DNA of 64,000 bases from Alcaligenaceae bacterium (GTDB lineage: Bacteria; Pseudomonadota; Gammaproteobacteria; Burkholderiales; Burkholderiaceae_B), in contig DUNB01000082.1 of assembly GCA_012839585.1 (NCBI GenBank), forward strand, positions 21,445-85,444, read 5' to 3'. Of the stretch, positions 41,920-51,037 are shown piece after piece. A model generated the notes under the pieces. It was not told where the DNA came from, made no database searches, and saw only the letters and a list, made by a program, of their open reading frames with translations. The position numbers were made by a program, and so were the translations under genes. The stretch's first letter is position 1, and each line of letters begins with the position of its first letter.

Positions 41920-42986
41920 CGACGGCCTCCGCGTTTTGAGTGTGCCCCCGCATTCGCAGCATGCGCCGAGGCCTCAAGCAAATCGCGCTGCCAGCCATCG
42001 AGTAGTGGCGCCTCGGTTCGTTCTGCCACGCGCAGCACAGCAGAGCGAGCACGCACATTATGTTCAATTTCGTCGGAGGAAGGTAACACACGACCCAAAT
42101 TATGTAGCCAAGCGGGTGGTAGGTCTTTGTCAGCAATAGGTAAACGCGCATACTGCATGGCGGGCTTAGACGCCCCTGCGATGAACTGTTTAACAATGCG
42201 ATCCTCTAGCGAGTGAAAGCTAATGACCGCCAAACGGCCGCCAGGCTTGAGTAGCTCAAGAATTAACGGGAGCGCATCCGTAAGCTCCTGGAGCTCGCGG
42301 TTGAGGAAAATCCGTATAGCCTGGAAGGTCCTAGTGGCTGGGTGATGATTCTTTTCCCGCGTGCGGACGGTGCCGGCGACCAGCTCGGCGAGATCATGCG
42401 TGGTGCATAGCGGACTGGATTCGCGGCGAGCTGTAATCGCCTTTGCAATCTGGAAAGCAAACCGTTCTTCGCCATAATCTGCGATGACCTCCTTAATTTC
42501 GTCTTGGTCAGCGGTTGCTAACCATTCTGCGGCCGTAGGGCCAGTTGAGTTGTCCATGCGCATGTCTAAAGGACCATTGCGCATAAAAGAAAATCCACGA
42601 TCAGCATCATCGATCTGGGGTGATGACACACCTAGATCCATCATGACACCGTCAATTTGATCAATGCCTAGCGCCTGTAAACGCTGAGCGATATTGACAA
42701 AACCCGCATGCACTACGGTCACGCGGGCGTCTTGGCGCTGTAATTCCAACGCATGCTCGATGGCAACGGGGTCCTTGTCAAAAACAACCAGCCGCGCATC
42801 GGGAGCTAAAAACTGCAATAAGTAACGGCTATGCCCGCCACGCCCAAACGTGGCATCAACAAAGGTACCTGTTACCGGAGCCAATCCAGAAGAGTCCAGC
42901 ACAGGCCAACGTCGCGCCGTAAAATTCGGGGCGAGCAAAGCAGAAACCGTAGGTTCCAATAAAACGGAACGGTGTTTGAGTTCCAT
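41916..42986 (-). CDS. rsmH: 16S rRNA (cytosine1402-N4)-methyltransferase
   Basis: HRSVLLEP...[16 protein letters not shown]...[10 protein letters not shown]...[12 protein letters not shown] are classic RsmH/MraW segments. Confidence 0.95.
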   Translation of the reverse strand: MELKHRSVLLEPTVSALLAPNFTARRWPVLDSSGLAPVTGTFVDATFGRGGHSRYLLQFLAPDARLVVFDKDPVAIEHALELQRQDARVTVVHAGFVNIAQRLQALGIDQIDGVMMDLGVSSPQIDDADRGFSFMRNGPLDMRMDNSTGPTAAEWLATADQDEIKEVIADYGEERFAFQIAKAITARRESSPLCTTHDLAELVAGTVRTREKNHHPATRTFQAIRIFLNRELQELTDALPLILELLKPGGRLAVISFHSLEDRIVKQFIAGASKPAMQYARLPIADKDLPPAWLHNLGRVLPSSDEIEHNVRARSAVLRVAERTEAPLLDGWQRDLLEASAHAANAGAHSKRGGRR

Positions 42987-42997
42987 GGTGAGCCGAC

Positions 42998-43426
42998 TCA
43001 GAGTGAAAAATGATCTAATGCCTCGGGGAGAGCTTGAGCCAGATCAGCCGCCTGGCGGAGTTCTAGTTGCTGTGTGTCCCAAAGCTCAAAGTAGCCGCCT
43101 AAACCTAACAACATGACATTCTTGAGCAAGCCAGCAGCCTGTCGTAGCTCTGGGCCAATAAGAATACGCCCAGCAGAGTCTATATCGACGTCCTGGGCAG
43201 ATCCGAGCATCAATCGTTGCAAAGCACGCGCTGACAAGGGCAAAGCCGCAATCTGTTCGCGTTTTATTTCCCAAATGGAACGTGGGTAGAGAATTAAGCA
43301 GCCATCAGGGTGTCGTGTAAGTGTGAGAAGTCCCGATTCCGTAGACAACAACTCGTCCCGATACCGTGTAGGAATCGTCATTCTGCCTTTGGCATCTAGA
43401 CTGAGCGCACTGCTACCTTGGAACAC
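42998..43426 (-). CDS. mraZ: transcriptional regulator MraZ
   Basis: [23 protein letters not shown] aligns residue-for-residue with E. coli [23 protein letters not shown], so GTG at 43426 is the likely start. The track ATG at 43456 would place the operator repeats inside the CDS. Confidence 0.9.
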   Translation of the reverse strand: MFQGSSALSLDAKGRMTIPTRYRDELLSTESGLLTLTRHPDGCLILYPRSIWEIKREQIAALPLSARALQRLMLGSAQDVDIDSAGRILIGPELRQAAGLLKNVMLLGLGGYFELWDTQQLELRQAADLAQALPEALDHFSL

Positions 43427-43430
43427 GTGA

Positions 43431-43493
43431 CCCCATTTATTTACACTAAAACCCACATTTCCCCACTCTAAGCCATGCTCGCTATAGGGTCAA
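43431..43493 (-). promoter_or_regulatory. candidate Pmra promoter plus MraZ-box direct repeats
   Basis: The minus strand reads TTGACC-17 nt-TAGAGT, then immediately GTGGGgaaatGTGGGttttaGTGTAaataaATGGG. That gives four pentamers in 10-bp phase ending 5 nt before the mraZ GTG. Confidence 0.55.
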
Positions 43494-43702
43494 GACCAGA
43501 TAACCATTTTTTTCAATCACAACAAATACTTAGCCGTGAATCCGCATCCGATTTAAATGCAAAAAAACCTATAGAATCAATAAATTGAAAGCTAAAGCAA
43601 AAGCGCTTTGTCAGCTATGCTCGCAAAACGGCCGCGTTCGCTTTGATACGCTTATTACAATTCATAACATTTGGGGAGGGGTGCCGGAGTGGCAGTAGGA
43701 AA

Positions 43703-44095
43703 TGTGGAACAGGTCTATAGGCCGGATCTTGTAAACCTATAATATAGGTTGGCAATCATTCGTCTAGGCGTATAGTTGCCTATACGCTCAAGCCATCTAC
43801 CCGCGTATTCGGACGAGCCGCCCTCTAGATTGATAAAATCAATCAACATACGCCTATTTGATGTTGCTCCAGATAGAGGTTACCGCGTTTCACCCTGCAT
43901 CGCTATAACGGTAAACCGTTAAACAGTACGGAGTGGCCGTACCAGTGCACCCTAAGGTGCCCTCGACGCAGTCTCGTCTCTGTGGCCCTAGTCCTTGGCT
44001 TGTCGTGAGAGTCGCCAGACGGCTGTTAGCCGCTATCTTGCTCTATGGAGTCCGGACCTTCCTCGGAATAAACCGCGATTGCCCGACCTGCCCCA
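43703..44095 (-). ncRNA. rnpB: RNase P RNA, bacterial type A
   Basis: The reverse complement contains GAGGAAGGTCCGGACTCCATAGAGCAAG, CACAGAGACGAG, GGAGCAACATCAAATAGGCG, GGGTAGATGGCTTGAGCG, CTAGACGAATGATTGCC and ACAAGATCCGGCCTATAG. These match the conserved regions of E. coli M1 RNA. The 5' GGGGCAGGTC pairs with the 3' GACCTGTTCC (P1). A TACAAT -10 lies at 44103-44108. Ends are approximate. Confidence 0.85.
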
Positions 44096-44152
44096 CAACC
44101 GTATTGTAACCTGCGACAATATAAACATTCATCTTTTATTTTTATTTCGCCT

Positions 44153-45970
44153 ATGTCTATTCATCTTGTGACCCTTAACCGAGTGCTTCTTGCTTTCGGC
44201 CATCACCCTTTACTTGATCATGCCGATCTCATTATTCATGATAATGAGCGCTGTGGCCTGATCGGGCGCAACGGCACGGGCAAATCCTCTTTATTAAAAC
44301 TGATTGACCAACGTCTGCAGCCAGATGAAGGCGAGATCATGTTCAAAAGTGGTTTGCGTGTGGCCACCGTAGAACAAGAGCCAGACCTGCCCACCGACAC
44401 CACGATTTATGACTACCTGTGTGGTGATTACGCCGAAACCGAAGACTGGCAACGCGTAGGACGCGTAGGCGCCCTCATTGACCAGCTAGGACTAGAAGCC
44501 GATGCGTTGACCAATGCCCTGTCTGGCGGGACGCGCAAACGCGTTGCTTTGGCCAAAGCCATGGCGGATGAGCCGGATCTATTACTGCTAGACGAACCGA
44601 CAAACCACTTGGACTTCGATGGCATTTTGTGGCTAGAACAACAGCTCAAGCAATTCAAAGGCAGTATCGTCGTCATTACCCATGACCGCGCCTTTTTGGA
44701 TTCCGTTGCCACACGCATCATTGAGTTAGATCGTGGTCAAATCTTTAGCTTTCCTGGCAACTTCACGCGCTGGCAAGAGCGTAAAGCCGAATGGCTAGAG
44801 GCCGAAGCCCAGCAAAATGCCAAATTTGATAAGTTTCTGGCCCAAGAGGAAGTCTGGATTCGCACAGGAGTGCAAGCTCGTCGCACCCGTGACGAAGGCC
44901 GTGTACGACGCCTTGAGTCCTTACGTCGCGCTCGCGCTGAGCGTCGCGAGCGTTCCGGTAATGTGAACTTTGCCATCGCCGAGGGCAGAAAGTCCGGCAA
45001 AATTGTGATCGAAGCAGAAAACATCGTGCACCGTTTTGATGATCGCACGCTGATTGAAGATTTTTCCACCATCATTATGCGCGGGGATCGTATCGGTTTT
45101 ATTGGCCCGAATGGTGCAGGCAAAACCACCCTATTACGAATTTTATTAGGACTGCTCGAACCCACTAGCGGCACCATTAAACACGGCACCCAGTTAAATA
45201 TTGGTTACTTTGATCAAATGCGCGCCAATCTAGACGAGGATGCCACCCTAGCCCAAACCATCAGTCCCGGTACAGAATGGGTAGAAATCGGTGATCAGCG
45301 TAAACACGTGATGAGCTACCTCGAGGATTTCCTCTTTCCGGCTGCGCGTGCGAATTCCCCAGTCAAAACACTATCAGGTGGTGAGCGTGCTCGTCTGGCG
45401 TTGGCACGTATGTTTGCACAACCCACTAACGTGTTGGTCTTGGACGAACCCACGAACGACCTGGATATTGAAACCCTAGAGCTACTTGAAGGTCTGTTAA
45501 CGGAGTACACCGGTACCGTTATGCTGGTTAGCCACGATAGAGCCTTTCTTAACAATGTGGTCACACAGGTCATTGCCGCTGAGGGCGATGGTGTCTGGGG
45601 CGAGTACGTGGGCGGTTATGACGACTGGCTAGAGCAACGTCCTGAACCCGTGGACCCAAAGCCCAAGGCCAGCAAAACTCCCGCTAAATCGGCCGCCAAA
45701 ACCGCGCCAGCCCCTGCGCCAGCACCTAGTCGCAGCAACAAAAGCCGCTTAGCCTCTTGGGAGGAAAAAGAGCTCGCCGAAATACCGGAAAAAATTGCCG
45801 CCATAGAACAGGAACAAGTTCAATTAGCTGAGCAATTAGCTGATCCTGATCTGTATGTGGACGGCAATGAAAAAGCCGAGGGCATCAACCAAAAACTGGC
45901 CGATCTAGAAGAAAAACTGCTTGCACTTTTTGACCGTTGGGAAACCCTAGAGGACAAAAAAGGCGACTAA
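44153..45970 (+). CDS. uup: ABC-F family ATPase (Uup-like)
   Basis: Two ABC cassettes (GRNGTGKSS/LSGGTRKR and [17 protein letters not shown]), no membrane domain, and a Lys/Ala/Pro-rich linker followed by a C-terminal coiled coil. Confidence 0.85.
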   Translation: MSIHLVTLNRVLLAFGHHPLLDHADLIIHDNERCGLIGRNGTGKSSLLKLIDQRLQPDEGEIMFKSGLRVATVEQEPDLPTDTTIYDYLCGDYAETEDWQRVGRVGALIDQLGLEADALTNALSGGTRKRVALAKAMADEPDLLLLDEPTNHLDFDGILWLEQQLKQFKGSIVVITHDRAFLDSVATRIIELDRGQIFSFPGNFTRWQERKAEWLEAEAQQNAKFDKFLAQEEVWIRTGVQARRTRDEGRVRRLESLRRARAERRERSGNVNFAIAEGRKSGKIVIEAENIVHRFDDRTLIEDFSTIIMRGDRIGFIGPNGAGKTTLLRILLGLLEPTSGTIKHGTQLNIGYFDQMRANLDEDATLAQTISPGTEWVEIGDQRKHVMSYLEDFLFPAARANSPVKTLSGGERARLALARMFAQPTNVLVLDEPTNDLDIETLELLEGLLTEYTGTVMLVSHDRAFLNNVVTQVIAAEGDGVWGEYVGGYDDWLEQRPEPVDPKPKASKTPAKSAAKTAPAPAPAPSRSNKSRLASWEEKELAEIPEKIAAIEQEQVQLAEQLADPDLYVDGNEKAEGINQKLADLEEKLLALFDRWETLEDKKGD

Positions 45971-46012
45971 TTCCTCAAAGAATCCATCGCCTTTAGCTAA
46001 GCCAAACAGCCG

Positions 46013-46048
46013 CGCCCGATCCCATTTTATTGGTATCGGGCGTTTGTT
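46013..46048. terminator. hairpin between the convergent uup and pyrC genes
   Basis: CGCCCGAT-13 nt-ATCGGGCG followed by TTTGTTATTT on the plus strand. The 8-bp stem makes this a moderate terminator at best. Confidence 0.4.
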
Positions 46049-46050
46049 AT

Positions 46051-47109
46051 TTAGCCCACAAAACGCCAGTTCAACTGCTCACCCGCTGCCAACGGCACGA
46101 TCTGATCATTGGCCATATCCAGCACCGTGGGAATGGTGTTGCTAGTGCGCTCTAGCATGATGTAGTCCTCGTTGACAGGCAGACCATAAAAGGCTGGGCC
46201 ATTCAAACTGGCGAAGGCTTCTAGGCGGTCTAATTTACCAACCGACTCAAAAGCTGCGGCATATAACTCCATCGCATGCAAGGCGGAATAACATCCGGCA
46301 CACCCGCAGTCTTTTTCCTTTTGCCCTTTCACATGCGGCGCACTGTCTGTGCCCAAGAAAAAGCGATTGCTATCACTGGTGGCGGCCTTGAGTAGCGCCT
46401 CGCGGTGCAACTCACGTTTTAAAATCGGCAAGCAGTACCAATGGGGGCGCAAACCACCATTAAAAATCGCATTACGGTTATACAGCAAATGTTGAGGCGT
46501 GATGGTGGCAGCCACCGGGCCTTCGGCTGTGGCCACATAGTCCGCACCCTCTTTGGTGGTGATATGTTCGAACACCACTTTTAGATTCGGGAACTGCTGG
46601 CGCAATGGCAGCATGACACGATCAATAAAAACGGCCTCCCGATCAAACACATCAATGGCAGGGTCGGTGACCTCGCCATGTACCAACAGGGGCAAATCGT
46701 GTTTTTGCATGGCCTCTAAGGCGGCGCCACAGTGTTTAAGCAAATCCGTCACTCCGGCATCGGAGTTGGTGGTAGCCCCGGCTGGGTAAAGCTTAACCGC
46801 ATGCACCACGCCCGACGCCTTGGCTTTGGCTATTTCCTCTGCCGGTGTGTTATCGGTCAAATACAACGTCATCAAAGGTGTAAAAGCGGGTGCCTCTGGG
46901 TGCGTTGCCAAAGCCGCCATAATACGTTGTTGATAAGCCAAGGCTTGTTCTGTGGTGGTGACTGGCGGGGTCAAGTTAGGCATCACGATGGCACGCGCAA
47001 ACTGTCGTGCGGTATGTGCCACCACCGATTGCAATACTGCGCCATCACGCAAATGAACATGCCAATCATCAGGTCGTCGTAGTCGTAATTGCTGTGTAGC
47101 CGCCGTCAT
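46051..47109 (-). CDS. pyrC: dihydroorotase, homodimeric class II type
   Basis: LRRPDDWHVHLRDG, VMPNLTPP, KLYPAGATTNS and FLGTDSAPH match E. coli-type PyrC. Confidence 0.93.
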   Translation of the reverse strand: MTAATQQLRLRRPDDWHVHLRDGAVLQSVVAHTARQFARAIVMPNLTPPVTTTEQALAYQQRIMAALATHPEAPAFTPLMTLYLTDNTPAEEIAKAKASGVVHAVKLYPAGATTNSDAGVTDLLKHCGAALEAMQKHDLPLLVHGEVTDPAIDVFDREAVFIDRVMLPLRQQFPNLKVVFEHITTKEGADYVATAEGPVAATITPQHLLYNRNAIFNGGLRPHWYCLPILKRELHREALLKAATSDSNRFFLGTDSAPHVKGQKEKDCGCAGCYSALHAMELYAAAFESVGKLDRLEAFASLNGPAFYGLPVNEDYIMLERTSNTIPTVLDMANDQIVPLAAGEQLNWRFVG

Positions 47110-47127
47110 GTCTTTTCCTAAATTAAA

Positions 47128-47553
47128 TCAAACTGGATCCGTTGCTGCGAGAAATCGCTGCGCGAGGCGTATAAACATAGCCGCCCCCGTCGGGATCACA
47201 TCATCATTGAAATCAAAGTTAGCATTATGCAGTACTCTACCTTGTTCTGCACCACCCTGGCCTAAGCCTTCTTCGGCCGGTTGAAAAATAAGGTGCACCG
47301 TACCAGCAAAGTCACGGTGTTTAGCTAAGTAAGCTGCCGTCGCCAACAACACCGCGTAACACCCCGACCACACCCGTTTTACCGACTTATTCTTGGACCT
47401 CTATGCCCTGCTGCCGTAAATAGTCCGCCACTAACGCCGCCGTTGCATGCTCTTGAAAACCCAGCTCTGCTGAGAGTGGATCTGTTGCCGTATTGTCTGA
47501 ATTTCCGGTTGCAAGCTGTGAAGTTCTGTAAATAAGGGCTTTTGTGGTGTCAT
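47128..47553 (-). pseudogene. decayed M20D amidohydrolase gene (diverged paralogue of 3641..4837)
   Basis: The ATG at 47553 gives MTPQKPLFTELHSLQPEIQTIRQQIHSQ. A frameshift follows, then ELGFQEHATAALVADYLRQQGIEVQE-stop-VGKTGVVGVLRG, then another frame change and deletion. The 81-aa track ORF carries LLATAAYLAKHRDFAGTVHLIFQPAEEGLG joined directly to the C-terminal LHNANFDFNDDVIPTGA. The metal-binding core (HACGHDGH etc.) is missing. Confidence 0.8.
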
Positions 47554-47693
47554 TATTACAATTTATAAGGCTAAGATAGATAAATGTCGTGCCAAACGAG
47601 ATCTAGCACAGACGAATTACCCATAGCATGCTATGTTTTGATTAGGCTGACAACAGTCCCATTATTCTGTGCGACTTACTATAGGAGCAAGCC

Positions 47694-47999
47694 ATGGCTA
47701 AAGCCACTAAAGCAACTGCTGCAAAACCCACTAAAACCACTAAGGCCAGCAAAACGGCAGGTACTGGATTCATGAAGCCCATGACCCCCAGTGCAGATCT
47801 GGCACAGATCGTGGGAAAAACACCCCTACCTCGTACTGAGGTCACCAAGAAAATGTGGGAATACATCAAAAAACATGATTTACAGGCCCCTGAAAACCGC
47901 CGTAATATCAATGCTGACGCAAAACTAAAACCCATTTTTGGCAAAGACCAAATCAGCATGTTTGAATTGAGCAAGTGTTTAAATGCTCACCTAAGCTAA
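47694..47999 (+). CDS. SWIB/MDM2 domain protein with Lys/Ala/Thr-rich N-terminal tail
   Basis: 101 aa with AGGAG 7 nt upstream of the ATG. The tail is MAKATKATAAKPTKTTKASKTAGTG. The rest (PSADLAQIVGKTPLPRTEVTKKMWEYIKKHDLQAPENRRNINADAKLKPIFG) fits the SWIB domain pattern. Confidence 0.75.
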   Translation: MAKATKATAAKPTKTTKASKTAGTGFMKPMTPSADLAQIVGKTPLPRTEVTKKMWEYIKKHDLQAPENRRNINADAKLKPIFGKDQISMFELSKCLNAHLS

Positions 48000-48020
48000 T
48001 TTAGACTTAGGCTATTCCCA

Positions 48021-48048
48021 GGCGACTGCAGCGTCAGTCGCTTTTTTA
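48021..48048 (+). terminator. rho-independent terminator after the SWIB gene
   Basis: GCGACTG-CAGCGT-CAGTCGC followed by TTTTTTATT. Confidence 0.7.
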
Positions 48049-48061
48049 TTTGTATAACGTA

Positions 48062-48856
48062 ATGAGTAAAAAAATAAATAAGATCCATCTACATTGGCAT
48101 GGAAGAGACAGAACCATTGAATACCAATGGGTAGGCGTAGAGGACCCTCAAGCCCCTTTAATGATTTTTCTACACGAGGGCTTGGGCTCGGTAACGCATT
48201 GGCAACAATGGCCTGAGCGCCTGTGTCAGGCGCTCGGTTACCGTGGGCTGATTTATTCCCGATACGCGTATGGGAATAGTTCGCCTCGACCTGCAGACGA
48301 TGTATGGCAAGGAGACTATCTGCACATCGAGGCCCAACAAGCCTTGCCCGCCCTGCTCGACGCGCTCAACATTAACGAGCCTTTCCATCTATTTGGACAC
48401 AGTGATGGCGGCACCATTGCTTTACTGTATGCAGCTCTGCCTCAGAACCTGGCTTCCAGCATTATTATTTTGGCACCCCATATTTACATAGAGCCCATGA
48501 GTACCGCTGCGGTGCAAAAAGCCATCGAATGGTATCAATCGGGAGATTTAAAGCAGCGCCTTGCACGCTACCATGCCGATGCGGATTCGGCTTTTTGGGG
48601 TTGGGCTGGCGTCTGGGGTAACGAAAAATACCTAGGTGTCTGGAATATAGAAAAAGACATTCAAAGCATTCAATGCCCTGTGCTCGCCATCCAAGGCACA
48701 GAGGATGAGTACGCCTCTTTAGCCCAGATTTACGATATCCAAAAACACGTTCCTCATACCGAGGTACATAGCCTGGATAACTGCAGGCATTCTCCGCATA
48801 TAGAAATGCCTGAACAAGTTATAAAGCTTGTACAGGCATTTTTGGCAAAGCACTAA
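48062..48856 (+). CDS. alpha/beta hydrolase fold protein
   Basis: Oxyanion-region HEGLGS, nucleophile elbow GHSDGG and a C-terminal CRHSPH histidine. The track start 48050 is TTG inside the terminator tail; the ATG at 48062 is preferred. Confidence 0.7.
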   Translation: MSKKINKIHLHWHGRDRTIEYQWVGVEDPQAPLMIFLHEGLGSVTHWQQWPERLCQALGYRGLIYSRYAYGNSSPRPADDVWQGDYLHIEAQQALPALLDALNINEPFHLFGHSDGGTIALLYAALPQNLASSIIILAPHIYIEPMSTAAVQKAIEWYQSGDLKQRLARYHADADSAFWGWAGVWGNEKYLGVWNIEKDIQSIQCPVLAIQGTEDEYASLAQIYDIQKHVPHTEVHSLDNCRHSPHIEMPEQVIKLVQAFLAKH

Positions 48857-48868
48857 GAACGATCCAGA

Positions 48869-49873
48869 CTAAGGCTTGGTGCCCTCGTCAAAAGCGGCCG
48901 CAGCGCGCCCTAACCGATCGTTAATGGCCTCCCAGGCTGAGTCCTGAGGTGGCTGCTGCACATAGAGGGTTCGATAGCCCTGCTGATCTAGACTACGCAA
49001 CATGCTGTAAAGCTGACTGGCGTATTGAATAGGATTCGCTGGGGCCTGATAGCTGTGTACCCCTGCTGGGACGGCAGCCCCCATGGTGATGACCACAGCC
49101 TGTTCATCCGCCTGCAAAGCGGCTATTTGCTCTGCACTGAGCAAATGCAAAGGGGTTCTAGGCGCATAGTGGGCCTTTAAAGAACCCGACACCCGAGGCG
49201 CACTTGGCGCCTCTTTTTGTCCTAGCTCTTGTTGTAGTACCTCTGCAATTTGTGCCGCCGTGATATGACCCGGACGTAACACCACCGGTGCGATGCCCTG
49301 ATCTACCCGAGACACATCCACAATAGTGGATTCAATCCCCACATCCGCATTGCCCCCAGCCAAAATATACAGCTGGCTCGCATCGAGCTCTGGGAACTCA
49401 TCGCGCACATGCTGAGCCTGAGTGGGCGACACCTGCCCAAAGCGATTCGCTGAGGGTGCGGCCACGCCGGCTCCCGGCCCTTTGATTTGCTCAAAGGCCT
49501 TGAGTAAAGCCTGTGCTACTGGGTGCGACGGACAACGCACCCCAATGGTATCTTGCCCCCCACTGACCGCAGCTAAAGCCTGTTCAGAGCGAGGTAGGAT
49601 CAAGGTCAAGGGACCAGGCCAAAACGCATCCATCAGCTTTTGCGCCTCGGGTGGTATGTGTGCCACCCAATAGGATAAGTCGGCATGAGGCGGCACATGC
49701 ACAATCACTGGGTGATTAGACGGGCGCCCTTTGGCTGCAAAAATCGCCGCCACGGCGTCTGGATTAGAAGCATCTGCCCCTAAGCCATACACCGTTTCGG
49801 TGGGAAATGCGACCAACAGTCCTTTAGCCAGACGTTGGGCCGCATCATGAATTTGCGCCGCTAAATCACTCAT
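48869..49873 (-). CDS. tsaC: L-threonylcarbamoyladenylate synthase, long Sua5-type (YrdC plus Sua5 C-terminal domain)
   Basis: FPTETVYGLGADASN, PLTLILPR and SANRFGQVSPT, plus a C-terminal extension of about 130 aa. The ATG at 49873 overlaps the purK stop by 8 nt. Confidence 0.85.
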   Translation of the reverse strand: MSDLAAQIHDAAQRLAKGLLVAFPTETVYGLGADASNPDAVAAIFAAKGRPSNHPVIVHVPPHADLSYWVAHIPPEAQKLMDAFWPGPLTLILPRSEQALAAVSGGQDTIGVRCPSHPVAQALLKAFEQIKGPGAGVAAPSANRFGQVSPTQAQHVRDEFPELDASQLYILAGGNADVGIESTIVDVSRVDQGIAPVVLRPGHITAAQIAEVLQQELGQKEAPSAPRVSGSLKAHYAPRTPLHLLSAEQIAALQADEQAVVITMGAAVPAGVHSYQAPANPIQYASQLYSMLRSLDQQGYRTLYVQQPPQDSAWEAINDRLGRAAAAFDEGTKP

Positions 49874-51035
49874 ACCAATCAAAGCCTAAAATGTTGGCTA
49901 CCTGCAGTGCTTTGGCTTGTAACTGTTTGCCATTAGGAGCCAATAAGGTCACATGCCCCATCTTACGCCCTTTACGTGCCTCTTTTTTGCCATAGAGATG
50001 CACGTAAACCCCAGGGATAGCCAATAAGGCCGCCCAGTCAGGCTCCACAGGCTGATCTTGTTGATCGAACCACAAATCACCGAGCACATTAAACATGGTA
50101 GAGCTTTGTAGCTCTTGGCTGGAACCCAACGGTAAACCCGCCATCACCCGTACCTGTTGCTCAAACTGGCTGCTGAGACAAGCCTCTATCGTAAAGTGAC
50201 CACTGTTGTGCGGACGTGGTGCAATTTCATTAGCCAAGAGCGTGCCATCAGCCAAAATAAAGAACTCCACACAGAGCACGCCGTAATAATTCAAAGACTC
50301 GGCAATAGCGACTGCTGCCGCTTGCGCTTGTTCGTGCACAGGGGTTAGGCGACAAGGGTTGGCTGCCGTAGAAACGGCCAAAATACCGTCTCGGTGCTGA
50401 TTATGCGAAGGGGTGTAGATGGCGGTTGCGCCATCTAAAGCCCGTGCGACCACCACAGAGATTTCATCCTCTAGGGGTTGTAAAGCCTCTAACACACAAG
50501 GCACCTCGCCAAACTGCGCAAAGGCCTCTACGGCCTCTTGTTTGCTTTGTACGCGTGCCTGACCTTTGCCGTCATAGCCAAAGCGAGCCGCTTTTAAAAT
50601 CCCTGGGAATAAAGCCTCATCTGCCTGGAGCAAATCCTCTGTGCTGTGTACCGCGCAATAAGGCGCTACCGGCACGCCGGCTTTGGTGATGAATTCTTTT
50701 TCCCGAATACGATCTTGCACAATCGCCACGGCCTCGCCGCTAGGTGTCACACGACAGCGTTCAGCCAACTGGATGAGACTTTGTGCAGGTACATTTTCGA
50801 ATTCAGTGGTAATGGCCTCACAAAGCCCCGCTAACTCAGTTAGGGCTGCCGCGTCCTCGTAAGAAGCACAAATATGCTTATCGGCCACCGCTCCCGCTGG
50901 ACTAGTAGGATCTGGATCTAAAACGGCTACTTGATAGCCCAGACGATGGGCCTCATAGCAGAACATACGGGCGAGCTGACCGCCACCCACCATACCTAAC
51001 CACTGCCCAGGTAAAACAACATTAACTGTAGACAT
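49866..51035 (-). CDS. purK: 5-(carboxyamino)imidazole ribonucleotide synthase
   Basis: ATP-grasp enzyme (LGMVGGGQLARM, GYDGKGQ, EIAPRPHNSGH) directly downstream of purE. Confidence 0.93.
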   Translation of the reverse strand: MSTVNVVLPGQWLGMVGGGQLARMFCYEAHRLGYQVAVLDPDPTSPAGAVADKHICASYEDAAALTELAGLCEAITTEFENVPAQSLIQLAERCRVTPSGEAVAIVQDRIREKEFITKAGVPVAPYCAVHSTEDLLQADEALFPGILKAARFGYDGKGQARVQSKQEAVEAFAQFGEVPCVLEALQPLEDEISVVVARALDGATAIYTPSHNQHRDGILAVSTAANPCRLTPVHEQAQAAAVAIAESLNYYGVLCVEFFILADGTLLANEIAPRPHNSGHFTIEACLSSQFEQQVRVMAGLPLGSSQELQSSTMFNVLGDLWFDQQDQPVEPDWAALLAIPGVYVHLYGKKEARKGRKMGHVTLLAPNGKQLQAKALQVANILGFDWYE

Positions 51036-51037
51036 GA

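Noticed and set aside
44737-45189. 150-aa minus-strand ORF (and others at 44428 and 45316) inside uup
   Set aside because: They are antisense to the ABC-F cassettes, and their Arg/Ser/Pro-rich translations are typical of an off-frame reading.
47642-47974. 110-aa minus-strand ORF overlapping almost the whole SWIB gene
   Set aside because: The plus-strand frame has a recognisable SWIB domain, an RBS and a terminator. The antisense ORF has no RBS or recognisable motif and is the expected mirror frame.
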